Source of the DNA: Vitrella brassicaformis CCMP3155
Taxonomy: Eukaryota > Protista > Chromerida
DNA length: 64,000 bases
Direction of reading: 5' to 3'
Assembly: GCA_001179505.1 (NCBI GenBank)
Contig: CDMY01000333.1
Span: forward strand, 52,294 to 116,293
This document shows positions 52,133-63,572 of the stretch, piece after piece. Position numbers and translations under genes: made by a program. Position 1 is the stretch's first letter; each line of letters begins with the position of its first letter. The notes under the pieces are model-generated. The model had not been told where the DNA came from, made no database searches, and saw nothing but the letters and a program-made list of their open reading frames with translations.

Positions 52133-55100
52133 TCACGCCTCTCTCTCTAGCTCGTCTGCTCCATCTGCCACGTCATCGATCGTGCAATCAATCAAAAGTC
52201 GTCCAGACTCCACTTGGGCCAGGCGAAAGTGAACAGCGGCCTGTTGCGCGAAGACGGCAGCACAGTGCCAACCGGCGTGTCCATGATCTCCCTGCACACA
52301 CCACACAGCCACACGAACACATACACCGTTCGTTCTCTTCCCCTCTGCCCACCGTGTGTCTTGGCTCACCGCATGTCTGCCATCTGCATAATGCCGAGCT
52401 GTGAGACGAAGGCGATGGCCAAGCGGTTCACATACCGCCATCGAAGGCGGAATGGGTGGTTGTCGGGGAGGCCCAGCCCGGGCGGGACGTCGAAGTCAGC
52501 TGGCGACGCCTCCATGCCCCTCTGCAGCTGGGCGTTCTCGATCTGCCTCGTGGCCGAAAACATGTGACGCAAATCGGCCCTGCAGGAACACATGCACAGG
52601 GGAAACACGAATGTATTATGTGTGTGTGTGTGTGTGTGTGTTGGCCTTTTCCTCACCTGTCGTAGTTGTTGATGAGTAGCCCCACCTCTGGCAGCAGGTT
52701 CTCACTCAGAATGGCGCACTCGACCAGTCTGTCCATCGAATGCCCCTCACCATACAGCTCGCGCGCACGGCCCCCACCCACACCCAGCCGCATCAGCTCG
52801 TCCGCCAGCTCAACACCTGGCGACGGCAGCCGCCTGCGCAAATCCATCCATCCATCCCTTCTTCCATGAAAGCAGCCACACGCATCCACGCACACTTCCT
52901 AGTTCTCTCTCTCTTGCTGACCGGTACGTCCCCAGCATACGGACGATATCATTGGCATTGGGGTGGTTCATATCAAACAAGTCAAGATGCCGCCCAAACA
53001 CGGGCAGCCGACGCAGACCACCCCTGCCCCTCCTGATCAAGGAAGGGACACCGGGAGGGCCTCGGCGCAAGCCTGCATTGATGGCCTCCTCTTCCATGCG
53101 ATAGAGCCGTGCTTTGGTCTCCATGAGGCCTTGGAAGAACCGCACGAGCAGAATGGACTCATGCGGGCGGAGGCGGCCGCCAGCCGCATCCTCAGGCTCG
53201 TCGAAGCCATCGTCAGGGTCGTCCTCCCCTTCGTCCTCGCCTGCGTCGTTCGATATGTCCATGTCGTCGCCTTCTCGACGCCTTGGAGGACTGCTGGGCT
53301 TGCTGGGCTCGCTGTCTTGATCTGTGTCGTCAACCTCGAGACCGAGGGCACCGGCCGCCCAGAGGCGTCTCATTCGGCGTGTCGATGCCTCCAAGAAGAC
53401 GGAAACGGGGCGCTCACGTGAGGACGGGGGGCGGGGCTGTCTTCTCTCGGGCTGCAGCAATGGCCAGTACTTGTCGATCTGCACCACAACATCAGATCAC
53501 ACACACGGCAGCGTGTGAAGAGATGACCCAACAAGAAAACCATCCCTTCCAGTTCATGCCCTCTCACCCGTTTCTTTGGCGGGAGCCATGGGGGATGGTG
53601 AAACGCCTCTCCCGGCTGGTGCAGCTCCAGCGCACACAGGCACCGCATCACGTACAAGGCCACGTCAGGGTGCACGCCGCTCGTGTTGGCGTCAATGGCG
53701 CCAATGTCCTCGCCACCGCCCTCAGAATCCATCGGCTGTCCACTCACTGCTGCAGCCGGGGCGGACGCGCTGGTGCTCGGAGCAGACGATGATGCCTCTC
53801 CATTGACACCCTCCTCTGGTCGCCGGGAACCTGGCCGAGAGGCAGTGGGTGATCTTTTCCTTGTCAGGGGCTTGCGGCGTGTTGAGGGCTGTGTGGGCGG
53901 CGATGGGCTGCTGGGAGAGGCGTTCTGGGTGTCTGTAGGGGCGGGTGGCGGGGCAAAGGGGGAGCGGGGGAGGGGCTGCCTGACACCGAGGACGTAGGAG
54001 CTCTCCATTGGATGGGCCTCCTCCAGCTGCCAGAAAAGCCTGGCGAACGACAAGCACATACGGAGCGCTGATGGACGACTCGACCGGTGCACCCCATGCC
54101 TACTTTGTGAGTTTCCTGTATGCCTTGACGGTCCGCGTGGGAAGCGGCTGTCGACCGCTGTCTTCGTGAACGGGGTACGCGCCGATCATGCTCGTCAGGT
54201 CCAGAAACCTGCATCGCGCAACACACCAACCGACCAACCAACCACAATGCAATTCATCCCGTGCCGGCGCTCATACATGCACACACACACACACACTTAC
54301 ATGTCGATGTATTCCCTCACGATCTGCCCCCTGTCCCGCCCCTCTCCCTGCTCCACCACCTCCACATCCATCACATCAGGAAATGAGCCGGACGACCCAA
54401 TGGCCGCTGTTGCTGCAGATGCGGATGCGGATGCCGCAGCTGCAGCCCCGCTGCTCGGAACCACTATCGGGCATTCCTCAGAGGGCTCAGGCGGCCGCCC
54501 GAATACCTTCTTGCGATATCTGGAGAAGGGCATCCACCTCGAGCCGTCTTTGTCCTCTTCGTCTGATGAGGATGGGGGAGAGGAGGGGGCCTCGGGTGCG
54601 AGGGACGGGAGGGGGCCGTCGTCCTCGATGAGCTTGTGGAGACGCCCGAGGCCTTCCTCGAAGTAGCGAGCCGCCGCTCGACAAAGGAAGCGGTACCTGG
54701 ACGAGAGAAGCATAAGACAAGACGGCATGGCTGGCTGCATGATGGATGGTGTGCCTGCTGTAGGTGTTGACCCACTTGAGCTCCTCGATGAAGGCTCTCC
54801 CGAAGACGTCGCGCCACGCCAGCGTCCCGGTACCCAGCCGGTTGGCACGCAGCCAGGTGAGCGGCATGCGGTTGAGGTAGTTGCCCTGCCACACCCTCCC
54901 CGACCTCTTGCCCCCACGGGGAGAGGACGCATCACCCTTCTCACTCGACGCGGTCGGTCCCCCGACCCCGTTCCCATCTCCCGCACCTTCCTGCTCGCCA
55001 TCAAAGTGCTCTCTAAACTGCTGGTATCTCAGTCGCAGCGCATCACGGACACCGCTGGTGGCCTGGTCGATGCCCTTGCTCTCGATGTATTGCTCCAGCT

Positions 55101-56554
55101 CGGCCTCCGCCTCCTCCTCGAGTGAGTGCCACTGCTTGGAGCTGAGCGACGCCGGGGGCCGGCTGCCGATGTCCTGCGAAGACGCCTGCTGCTGCTGCTG
55201 TCGCTGCTGCTGGATCATGTCTTGCTCGTATACGTGGCGGAGCGTGTGTCTGAGTGCTTTGTTGGGGAGCAGGGCGACTGGGAGGCCGACGACGGCCACG
55301 TGTCGCAGGCAGACGTACCACAGCTCGTCGCCGGGCTGGGTGGTCTGCTTGCCCTCCAGTGTGAGACGGACATAGCCGCCCAAGACCACAGCCGGAGAGA
55401 GGGTGATCTTCTGCAACGCTGAAGGAGAGAGAGGAAAAACGCGTGTGTCGTGTCATCGCGTGGTTGTCGTTCGTCATCGTTGGTCGTCCCTTGCCTGGTG
55501 TGTTATCGAGTGTGATGGGGTCGCTGGTGTAGTGGAAGCGATCAGGGGCGGTGCCGACGGACACGCGGACACGTCGGGGGCCGTATGTGGGACGGCCCTT
55601 TTGAAAGAGCGCCTGGTAGACATAGATGCGAATGCGGGTCACTACACAGCACGCGTCGATCAACCTGAGGGACAGACAACACACCACACCCACACAGCAA
55701 CGACCAACCATGATGGAGGCGATGCGCTGTCCCTTCAATGTGTTTGTCGCCCACTCATTCCTTTTCTTACTTGTATGTGATGTGGTCGTGGCTGTCGGCC
55801 GTCTTGCTGCCCACACTGCTCCAGAAGGACCGGTTCCTGCACAACACACAAGAATGGCATCACGTGTGCACATCTCACTCGTAGCACACACATGATTATC
55901 GTCGCGTGCGTGTGTCTTGTCGGTGCTGCTCATCTTACGGCAGGACGGTCTCCCTAGGGGCCTGACTCTCATGATCAGTCGACGACGCTCCACACGCTGG
56001 AATCAAGGCGACATGCCATCATGTCCATCCATCCATCCATTCTGGTTTGGCTCGTCTTACCTTCATGGACCAGATTGATCCCCTTGGCGGAATAGCCATG
56101 CCTGGCAAACGCCACCATGCCCTTGCACACCTCACGCCAGCTGATGCCATCGCTGCTATCACTACCACAACCACCAGAAGCAGCACTTGACGCTGCTGCT
56201 GCTGCGGGTGCCGGTGTCGCTGGCGGCAGGGCCAGTCGCTGACCCCGCAGGAAGTGCTTGAGGCCCGCCGAGTGCGGCCGATACTGATTGCTGTCGTTCT
56301 GGAGGTAGAAGCGATAGACAACAGGCAAATCGCGAAGCCGCTGGCGGCATGCTCGGCATGAACGGATGAAAGCCGGCAAGTCGACAAGCGCCAGAAACGC
56401 AAAGAGGCGACACCACAGCCTGCATGACACACACAACCATGAAGATGAGGCCACAATGTCATGTTTGTGTCACATGCTCACTCGTCTGGGAAATCAGTGA
56501 GCGGCTGTGCGCTAGTGGCCGCTGCTGACATAGTGGCAGTCTCTTCGTCTTCCA
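52133..56554 (-). CDS. F-box protein, At4g00755-like, with long C-terminal extension
   Basis: F-box LTDFPDE|LWCRLFAFLALVDLPAFIRSCRACRQRL, then ASSTDHESQ, SFWSSVGS, CVVTRIRIYVYQALFQKGRPTYGPRRVRV, GGYVRLTLEGKQ..QPGDELWYVCLRHVAVVG. These are colinear with the plant At4g00755 family motifs as I recall them. Confidence 0.72.
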
Positions 56555-56787
56555 TGCTGCCGTTCTTTCCGGGATGAAAAAGCGCGAGCGGCGGTCGCGA
56601 GCTTAGCTGCGGAGGGGCGTGTATGGAAGGGGACTGTACAGTAAGTACATAAGATGTGCTACACTGTCTGAGTACGAAGGTGAGGAGGCAGGCTTGAGGC
56701 AGGCAGTGCACACTGCAGAACGGACTGTATCTGCCTTTGTTTTGTTTGTTGGCGCAGATTGTCCCTCTCGCAGTCCCCTGCACCATC

Positions 56788-58714
56788 ATGTTTGACCGGT
56801 CCATGTACGCCATCCGATCTCAAGTCGGCGTCCAGCTGCTCACGCGTATCGTCACCTTCATCTTCAACGCCGCCACAACACGATGTGTCGACGCGCCGAC
56901 CTACGGCATCGGCCAGCTGAGCCTGCCCATGCTCAACCAGGTGGCCCTCTTCCTGCCCAAGGAAGGTCTCAGACGGGCCGCACAGCGGAGGACAGAGGCG
57001 AAAGATGGCACCAAAGACGACCACGATGATGACGACCAGTCGGCGCTGAACCTTATGTGGCTTGCTGAAGGCATCACGGTAGTCACTGCCTTCGCCCTCG
57101 GCTGTGTGTGGCTGGCAAACCCTCCCCAGAAGGTGGCGACCATCCCCGCATCTGGTGGTCTTTCGTCTGCGGCGGCGTATCGGCTGTCGATTATCATGGT
57201 GACCGTCGGCTGCTGCATCAAAGGGATCGGCGAGCCCGTGTTGATCCACTGCCAGCAGAGAGGGGAGCTGAGCGTGCGCTCACAGGCAGAGGGTATCGGC
57301 CTGGTCGCCAAGACGGCGGGGGTCGTCGTCAGCTTGATGGTCATCCGCATGCACGGGCTGCTGGCGTTCGCTGTGGGGCAGGTGTGTCTGGACGTTGTGT
57401 GGGTTGCTTATCTGCTCATGGCCGCGCACACACTGGAGAAGAAGGGTGACGGGACCACCCTTATGGGCGTGGTGACCAAGCTCTTGCCGTCTCGGCTCAA
57501 GCAGCCAGTCAAGGTGCCGACAGAGGGCGGGAGGGGGCGGCTTCGTAGGCTTCGTGCGCTTCTTGCGAGGTTCCGTGGGTTTCTTGGGATGTGGCTGACG
57601 CCAGCGCACCAACGGTTTGCGTGCGAGTACTCTCTGCTGGCGCTGCAGAAGCTGCTGCTTACCGAGGGCCAGAACCTTATTTTGATGAAGTTCTTCCCGG
57701 AGGAAGACTGGGGCGTCTCTGTGCTGGTGCAGAACTTCGCCAGCATCATCCTGCGAGTGCTCTTCTCGCCTATAGAGGAGACGGCCACGGCGGCCTTCAG
57801 CTTCATGCAGCGGAGCCAGCAAGCCGACTCGGGGGACTCGGGAGAAGCGAAGCCAGCAGGTCCTGGCGACGAGACGATGGCTTTGTTGAGGGTGTTGATC
57901 TTCATGGAGGGGTCGATAGGGTGGTTTGGGGCGGTCATGGGGCCGCCCTTCTGCTACTCGGTGGTGTTCATTCTCAACGGCAGAGAATGGGCAATGTCCG
58001 CCGCACCGAGAGTCATGCAGAGGTCAGTCAGTGACACAGAAGCCCCCCACTCACTCTGATGCATGTGTCGCTTTCTGCTGGGTGATATGTGTCCTTCCTT
58101 GCTGCAGCTACTGTGTGCTCTTGTTCCTTATGGCGTTGAACGGCATCCTGGAGGCCTTCATGTACGCCTGTGCGACACCCCGGTGGCTGCAGCGATGTCA
58201 GTGGGTGAATGTGGCCATCAGCCTGTCGTTTGTTCTTTTGGCCGTGCTGCTCAAGGACGTCGGCGAGGGCGGCCTGGGGCTCGTTTACGCCAGCTGGGCC
58301 AACATGGCCATGCGCATCTTGCTGGTTCTCTTCTATGTGGCCATGATGCGCCACAGGGGCGTGCTGCCGGCGTGGCGAGGGATGGGTGGGGCTGTCAGGG
58401 GTCTCGTGTTGCCCAAGACAGTCAAAGTGTGGGGCATTGTAGTGCTGGCCAGGCTTGTGTGTGAGGCGGCCATTGCGTGGGGGATGGAGGGGGGAATGCG
58501 GGCGGCACTGCTCGTCAGCAGTGATGCGGCAGACGGTGGTGCATCTGTCACCGCCATGGGGCTGTGGGGTGTGGCCTTGCGTGAGGCGATGATGGCTGCA
58601 TGTGTGAGCGGTGTTGTGTTCGTGCTGACCTATAGGGATGTGTATCGGTCTGTCAGGGAGGTGAAAGACAGCATCGAGGGGGACAGGACGGCTGCAATAA
58701 AAAAGCAAACGTGA
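56788..58714 (+). CDS. RFT1: RFT1 Man5GlcNAc2-PP-dolichol translocation protein
   Basis: QLLTRIVTFIFN...LFLPKEGLRRAAQR, QKLLLTEGQ, QNFASIILRVLFSPIEE, YCVLLFLMALNGILEAF, GLVYASWANMAMRI; one intron at about 58024-58088. Confidence 0.88.
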
Positions 58715-58744
58715 TCACCGGCAGCCATTCATCTTAACTCGCGT

Positions 58745-60344
58745 CTTGCTGCGAGCTCGTGGGGGCGTGTGGGGGCGAGGAGACTGGGAAAGAGGTGAGT
58801 CACCGCTTCATCCGTACTCCGACGCCACGACAGTGTATCCCTCCAGCCATCCAGTCATCTCCTCCATGTGTGTGTTTCGTCAGAATAAAGGCCGAGAGCA
58901 AGATACCTCGGGCGCTGCTGCCCACTGCTGCCCACTGCTGCTGCTGGTGCTGTTGCTGCTGGGGAATGGGAGGGGGAGGGAGGGAAGGGGGTGGGGGAGG
59001 GGGGAAAGGCGGCCACGGCCGCCAGCGACCGACGCGCGTCGGTTGCCTTGACGGCAGCTCCCCCCGGCGGCCGCTCGTCCAGTCTGCTGCTGCAGCGGAC
59101 GAAGAGCCTGGACGACATCCCCGAGGTCTCATCGGGGGAGACCTCGGAGGTGGACGCCCAGGACAGGGGCGGTCCACTGCCTGAGTGGGCCGAGCGCGGT
59201 CAGAGAGAAGGGAAATGAGGCAGAGAGGGAGAGATGAAATAGACTTGGATGGATGATTCTGTCTTTGTTCATTCCTACAGACATCGACAACGGCTTCGGC
59301 CAGTATATCGATGTTGTGCCGGAGGAGACGGAGGAGTGGGTGCGGCGAAGTGAGAGGGACGGAAATCTGTCTGCACACACGAGGAGAGACACAGACTTGG
59401 ATGATGGACGGGCGCACAAAGACGTCTTCTTTGTTTCTGCCTGTTCGATACAGACATGCTGAGGAGCATCGGGGCGTGGATCGATGAGGGGGTCGACGAG
59501 GAGGAAGGTAAGGAAGGAGAGTGACACTCACTGGTGGTGCATGTGGTAATTCATCGCTGTATGTATGTGTTGATTGGCTCTGTGTGCTGTGCTGCATGCA
59601 GAGCCAGGGGGGCTGACCTCGGGGGTGGACCTCCGTGACATGGACGCTCTGCTGTCAGAGCTGGGCGAGCGAGGTCAGGGAACGGGAAGGAGGGAGAGAC
59701 AGAGAGGTGAGATAGATCAAGTTGGATGATTCCGTCCCTGTCTGTTCATCGCTACAGAAATCGAGAGCTGCTGCCGCCTGTCGATCGATGTTGTGCCGGA
59801 GGAGACGGAGGAGTGGGTGCGGCGAAGTGAGAGGGACGGAAATCTGTCTGCACACACGAAGAGAGACACACACTTGGATGATGGACGGGCGCACAAAGCC
59901 GTCTTCTTTGTTTCTACCTGTTCGATACAGACCTCATGCGCAGCATCGGGCCGTGGCTCGACCAAGGGATCGACGATGACGAGGGTAAGGAGAGAGACAC
60001 TCACTGGTGGTGCGTGTGGTAATTCATGGCTGTATTTCTGTGTTGATTGGCTCTTGTGTGCTATGCTGTATACAGAGCCGGCCAAGCCCCCGCCAAAGAG
60101 CAGCCCCAGCCCAGCCAGAGTGCTCCCCTCCCTCCGCCGCACCAAGGAGGACGAGGGCATCACTTACAAGACCTACCCGGGAGAGCGGAAGACGTGGTGG
60201 CAGCGGCTCTGGCGGGCGCTGCGGGTGGGGTCTACGTCGTGCGGCGCAAGAAAGCCGCCGCGGCCTCGCCTCCCCACCGCCAAGGTGCGCCCACTGGTCC
60301 ACACAACGGACCGATGTCCACACCTCATCAAGACCCCATGGTGA
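58745..60344 (+). pseudogene. 5'-truncated, frameshifted gene fragment with a duplicated three-exon module
   Basis: No start or promoter, beginning about 30 bp after the RFT1 stop. A 10-bp tandem duplication (cccactgctg x2, 58921-58940) breaks the frame. Modules IDVVPEETEEWVRR|.MxRSIGxWxDxG occur twice. Confidence 0.55.
59025..59455 (+). repeat. direct repeat copy 1 (copy 2 at 63573-64000)
   Basis: Near-identical over exons and introns. Confidence 0.92.
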
Positions 60345-60620
60345 TGGGCGCGGGGGGGAGGGATGAAGGGAGGGAGGGAGGGAGGGATGAAGGGATGAAG
60401 GGAGGGAGGGAGGGAGGGAGGAACAGGGCGGGTTATTGTCCATGTGACGTGTGGCATGACAATACATAGGGTCTCAGACTTCATCCATGTGGCTTGTGTC
60501 GTTGAATGAATGAAGGCCTACCTATGTCCGTCACCATCACTATCACATCGTCTCAACACACAAGGCACACACGTCAATCCAAATGTGTCACTAATGAGTC
60601 CATTCAGCCCGCTACCACCT

Positions 60621-60948
60621 CTATCTGTGTGTCCTGGCTGGGGTCTCCCCCTTCTTGACGAGCTGCCGGCCGGCCGCTCTTCGGTGGTCGGAGGCGATGG
60701 CGCTGAGTGAGCAGCGCAGCTCGGCCACACCGAGGTGCTCCCTGGCTGAGACGGCGTGGACGAACGGCCAGACCAACTCGAGCGGCAGCTGCTGCAGCGC
60801 CACCACCACGCGCATCATCAGGCTGTGCAGATCCATCGGCTGCACGCACCCAAACCAACACACAACACACACACAGAGGGAGAGGTGCTGTTGACTGACA
60901 CGTGTTGTCACTACTCACCTTGAGCAGGTCGACCTTTGTGAGCACCAG
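60621..60948 (-). pseudogene. 3' fragment (last two exons) of an EngB/YihA-type GTPase
   Basis: LVLTKVDLLK| (G4 TKxD) and PFVHAVSAREHLGVAELRCSL (G5 SA[RK]...G..EL). No G1-G3 exons upstream. Confidence 0.55.
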
Positions 60949-61024
60949 CTGAAGGATGACGGCAGACACCACACCGCAGCAGACAGATGATGTGTAGGCA
61001 CAATAGCCTGTCCGTTTTCGATGT

Positions 61025-62204
61025 CTCCCTCGTGCCGTTTGCCTGGCCGGGCTTGCCCTCGATCACTGCCGAACAGACAGCAAGACATATTAGACACGGA
61101 AGGAGAGACATGTCTACAACCTGTTGTATTGTGACTTGTGTTGTGGCGTGCGCACCTTCCCGTAACACTGTCCAGGTAGTTTCGGATGGGGCTGTCGGCA
61201 GAGGGGGAGGCAGGAAGCGCGCGGCCGCACTTGACGCGTTGAGACGCGACAGGAAAAACAGTAGGGATATACATGTCTCGGAGGCGTATGCAGCGGGGGT
61301 GAGATGAGGGGCAATCTTGAAGTGCTCGTGCGCCGCACTCACACACTGGCTCTTCTCGCTATCGGTGAACTCCGGCACAGGGGCCTTGCTGGCCAGGGTG
61401 ACCACGGCAAGCTGGAAGGCCGTGAAGCTCATCTCATTGGCCTCGATCTTCCTGTCCTCCTCGTTGGCGGCCGAGACAGCGCTCCAGTAGACACGTCGAA
61501 GTCGGCACACAGCTGCTGTGCGTAGTGGGTGAAGAGCTGCTTCACGCGGGCCCGGATGGATGTGAGCAGCTCCTTGACGAGGGGGTCGGTGCTGATGGCC
61601 TTGACCTCCGCTGTCTCTGTGGTGTGTCCTTGGCGACGGTTGCGTCGTACAGGGGTTTGAGGGAGTGAGTGGTGAGGAGGTCCATGGGTGAGGGGTTCTC
61701 GCTCTCTATCGCCGCATGAACCTCGCGAGACAACTCCTTCAACGCCTGGAAACACACACAAAAGCGAGACATGGACGTTTCTGGTTTGGGCGAGTGTATT
61801 GTATGTGTCCTTTTCTCATCGACCTTTAGCCACTGGTGCAGCTCCATGTGATGCGTTGTGCTGCGCACCATCCCAGCCCCCACTCCGGCCCTCCTCTCAT
61901 CCTCGCCCTTGTCACCCTGCGACGGCACGGCACTCAGCCCCGTCTTGGGCAGTGTGGTGGCGGCCTTGGTGTGTCGCACGAACAGCAGGTCGGCCTGCAC
62001 CTGGGTGAGGGCCGCGGGCAGCACGCGAAGGGGACGGAGTGGATGTTGCTGCTGTCTTGGTTGGTGGTGTCGTTGGTCAGTTCTGGAGAGAGGGGCGTGA
62101 GGCCACAATGCCCGTCTCACGGAGGAAGCGGGCGAACTTGGCGGATGAGAGGTGAGTTGCGGTTCAGGGGATCTGCAGCACATTCAGTGAGGGAGGGAGG
62201 AGAC

Positions 62205-62236
<32 letters not shown>

Positions 62237-62560
62237 CACCCCGCTGCAATTGCAGGGATCCGCAACAGTAGCAGCAGGAGACACACTTACTGACCAGAGC
62301 CGCAGGGGGCTTGGAGGGCGCTTTGTACTTGACATTGGCCGCCAGAACCATAACGTCCAGAAAGTGACGAAGGCTCATCTGCATCACCCCACAAAGCAAG
62401 AAAAGCACCGTCTACCGACAGCACGGCACACTCCTTGCTACATGCATTGCCTTTGGCTGTTTGCGTGAGGGACTCGTTGAAGAGACAGGAGTCGATGACC
62501 ATCCGCTGCAGCTTCGATGGCTTGAGAGACTCCGCTGCGGTTCGCCAGCACATTGGACCC
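61025..62560 (-). pseudogene. inverted, frameshifted copy of the p25alpha-like gene at the window start
   Basis: Positions about 52-1330 match about 62235-61025 in reverse, including introns. The copy has 1-nt indels plus 33-nt and 34-nt deletions. Additional upstream exon remnants at 62290-62560 (LKPSKLQRMVIDSCLFNESLTQT; MSLRHFLDVMVLAANVKY). Confidence 0.85.
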
Positions 62561-62709
62561 TCCTTCGCTCAAATGAAAGTAATACCAACGTCTTCTGCAG
62601 GTGCACACCACGGAAATTGTCATGTATGCAAGGCCGAATCACCCAAGTCCCCTGCGACTTAGGTGGTTCGGCTGTCGTGCTTTGAGTTTTCGAATCACCC
62701 AATCCAGAT

Positions 62710-62990
62710 GAAGCACCCCCTCTGTCGATATCCCTAGTCGCCGGTGACTAAGTATGGTGTCTCAGACTGGTGATGCTGGCTGAGGGCAAGAAGAAGCACC
62801 CCCTCTGTCGAGATCCTTAGTCGCGGGTGACTAAGGATGAGAGGATGAGTGGCTGGCTGGCTGATGGCAAGAAGAAGCACCCCCTCTGTCGAAATCCTTA
62901 GTCGCGGGTGACTAAGGATGAGAGAATGAGTGGCTGGCTGGCAGCATGAAGAAGCACCTCCTCCGTCGGAATCCTTAGTCCAGCCGACTA
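62710..62990. repeat. tandem array of four ~80-bp units, each with an inverted repeat
   Basis: GAAGCACCYCCTCYGTCG starts at 62710, 62793, 62874 and 62951. ATCCTTAGTC-GCGGGT-GACTAAGGAT occurs at 62813-62838 and 62894-62919. Confidence 0.9.
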
Positions 62991-63572
62991 TAAACACCCA
63001 CCCTTCCCATCGGCTGGTCGCAAACAAAGCACCCCATCAGACGGCAGGCGAACGAAAGACGGACCTGACAGACAGACAATCACACAGTCGCATTTTAGAG
63101 CTGAATTGCCTGTTTGTGTGTGTGCAGCGGTGGAGCCCTTCCGGAAAAGTCCAAGTCGTTACACAAGACTTAGTCCAATTGGGCGTACAGCGAACTAGTC
63201 TCGGCAAGGAGCTCCTACCTCACGTCGACATTGCTGCGGAGCACAAGCGGAGCATGCTGTCCAGCACCAGCTGCTTCTCTGTTGCCGGACGGTCCAGCTT
63301 GACAGGCGAGACAGACTGAAAATTCGCTCCGACATGGCATTGCCCGACTGCCTGCAATCCCGCCTGCTGCGAACAGGTGGGTTGTGGGCTTCATCGCGTT
63401 TGAGACTCTTGTGCAGAAGCGAGAAAAGAAAAGACTCGGCCGAGACGCCCCCAAGCTCGATTCTCGACCCGAGACGGGACACACGAAATGAAAAAATTAT
63501 CTGCAAGGTCCTACCCAAGAATATGGTGGCGCTCTATCATTCGGGTTCAAGAAAGCACATGAGCAGGACGTC

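Noticed and set aside
58728-58745. A^TC junction as a Helitron 5' end
   Set aside because: A dinucleotide match is uninformative without a matching 3' end or other copies.
62710-62990. CRISPR-like array (conserved repeat plus spacers)
   Set aside because: The spacers resemble each other (units 2 and 3 nearly identical), there are no cas genes, and the context is eukaryotic. It is a tandem repeat.
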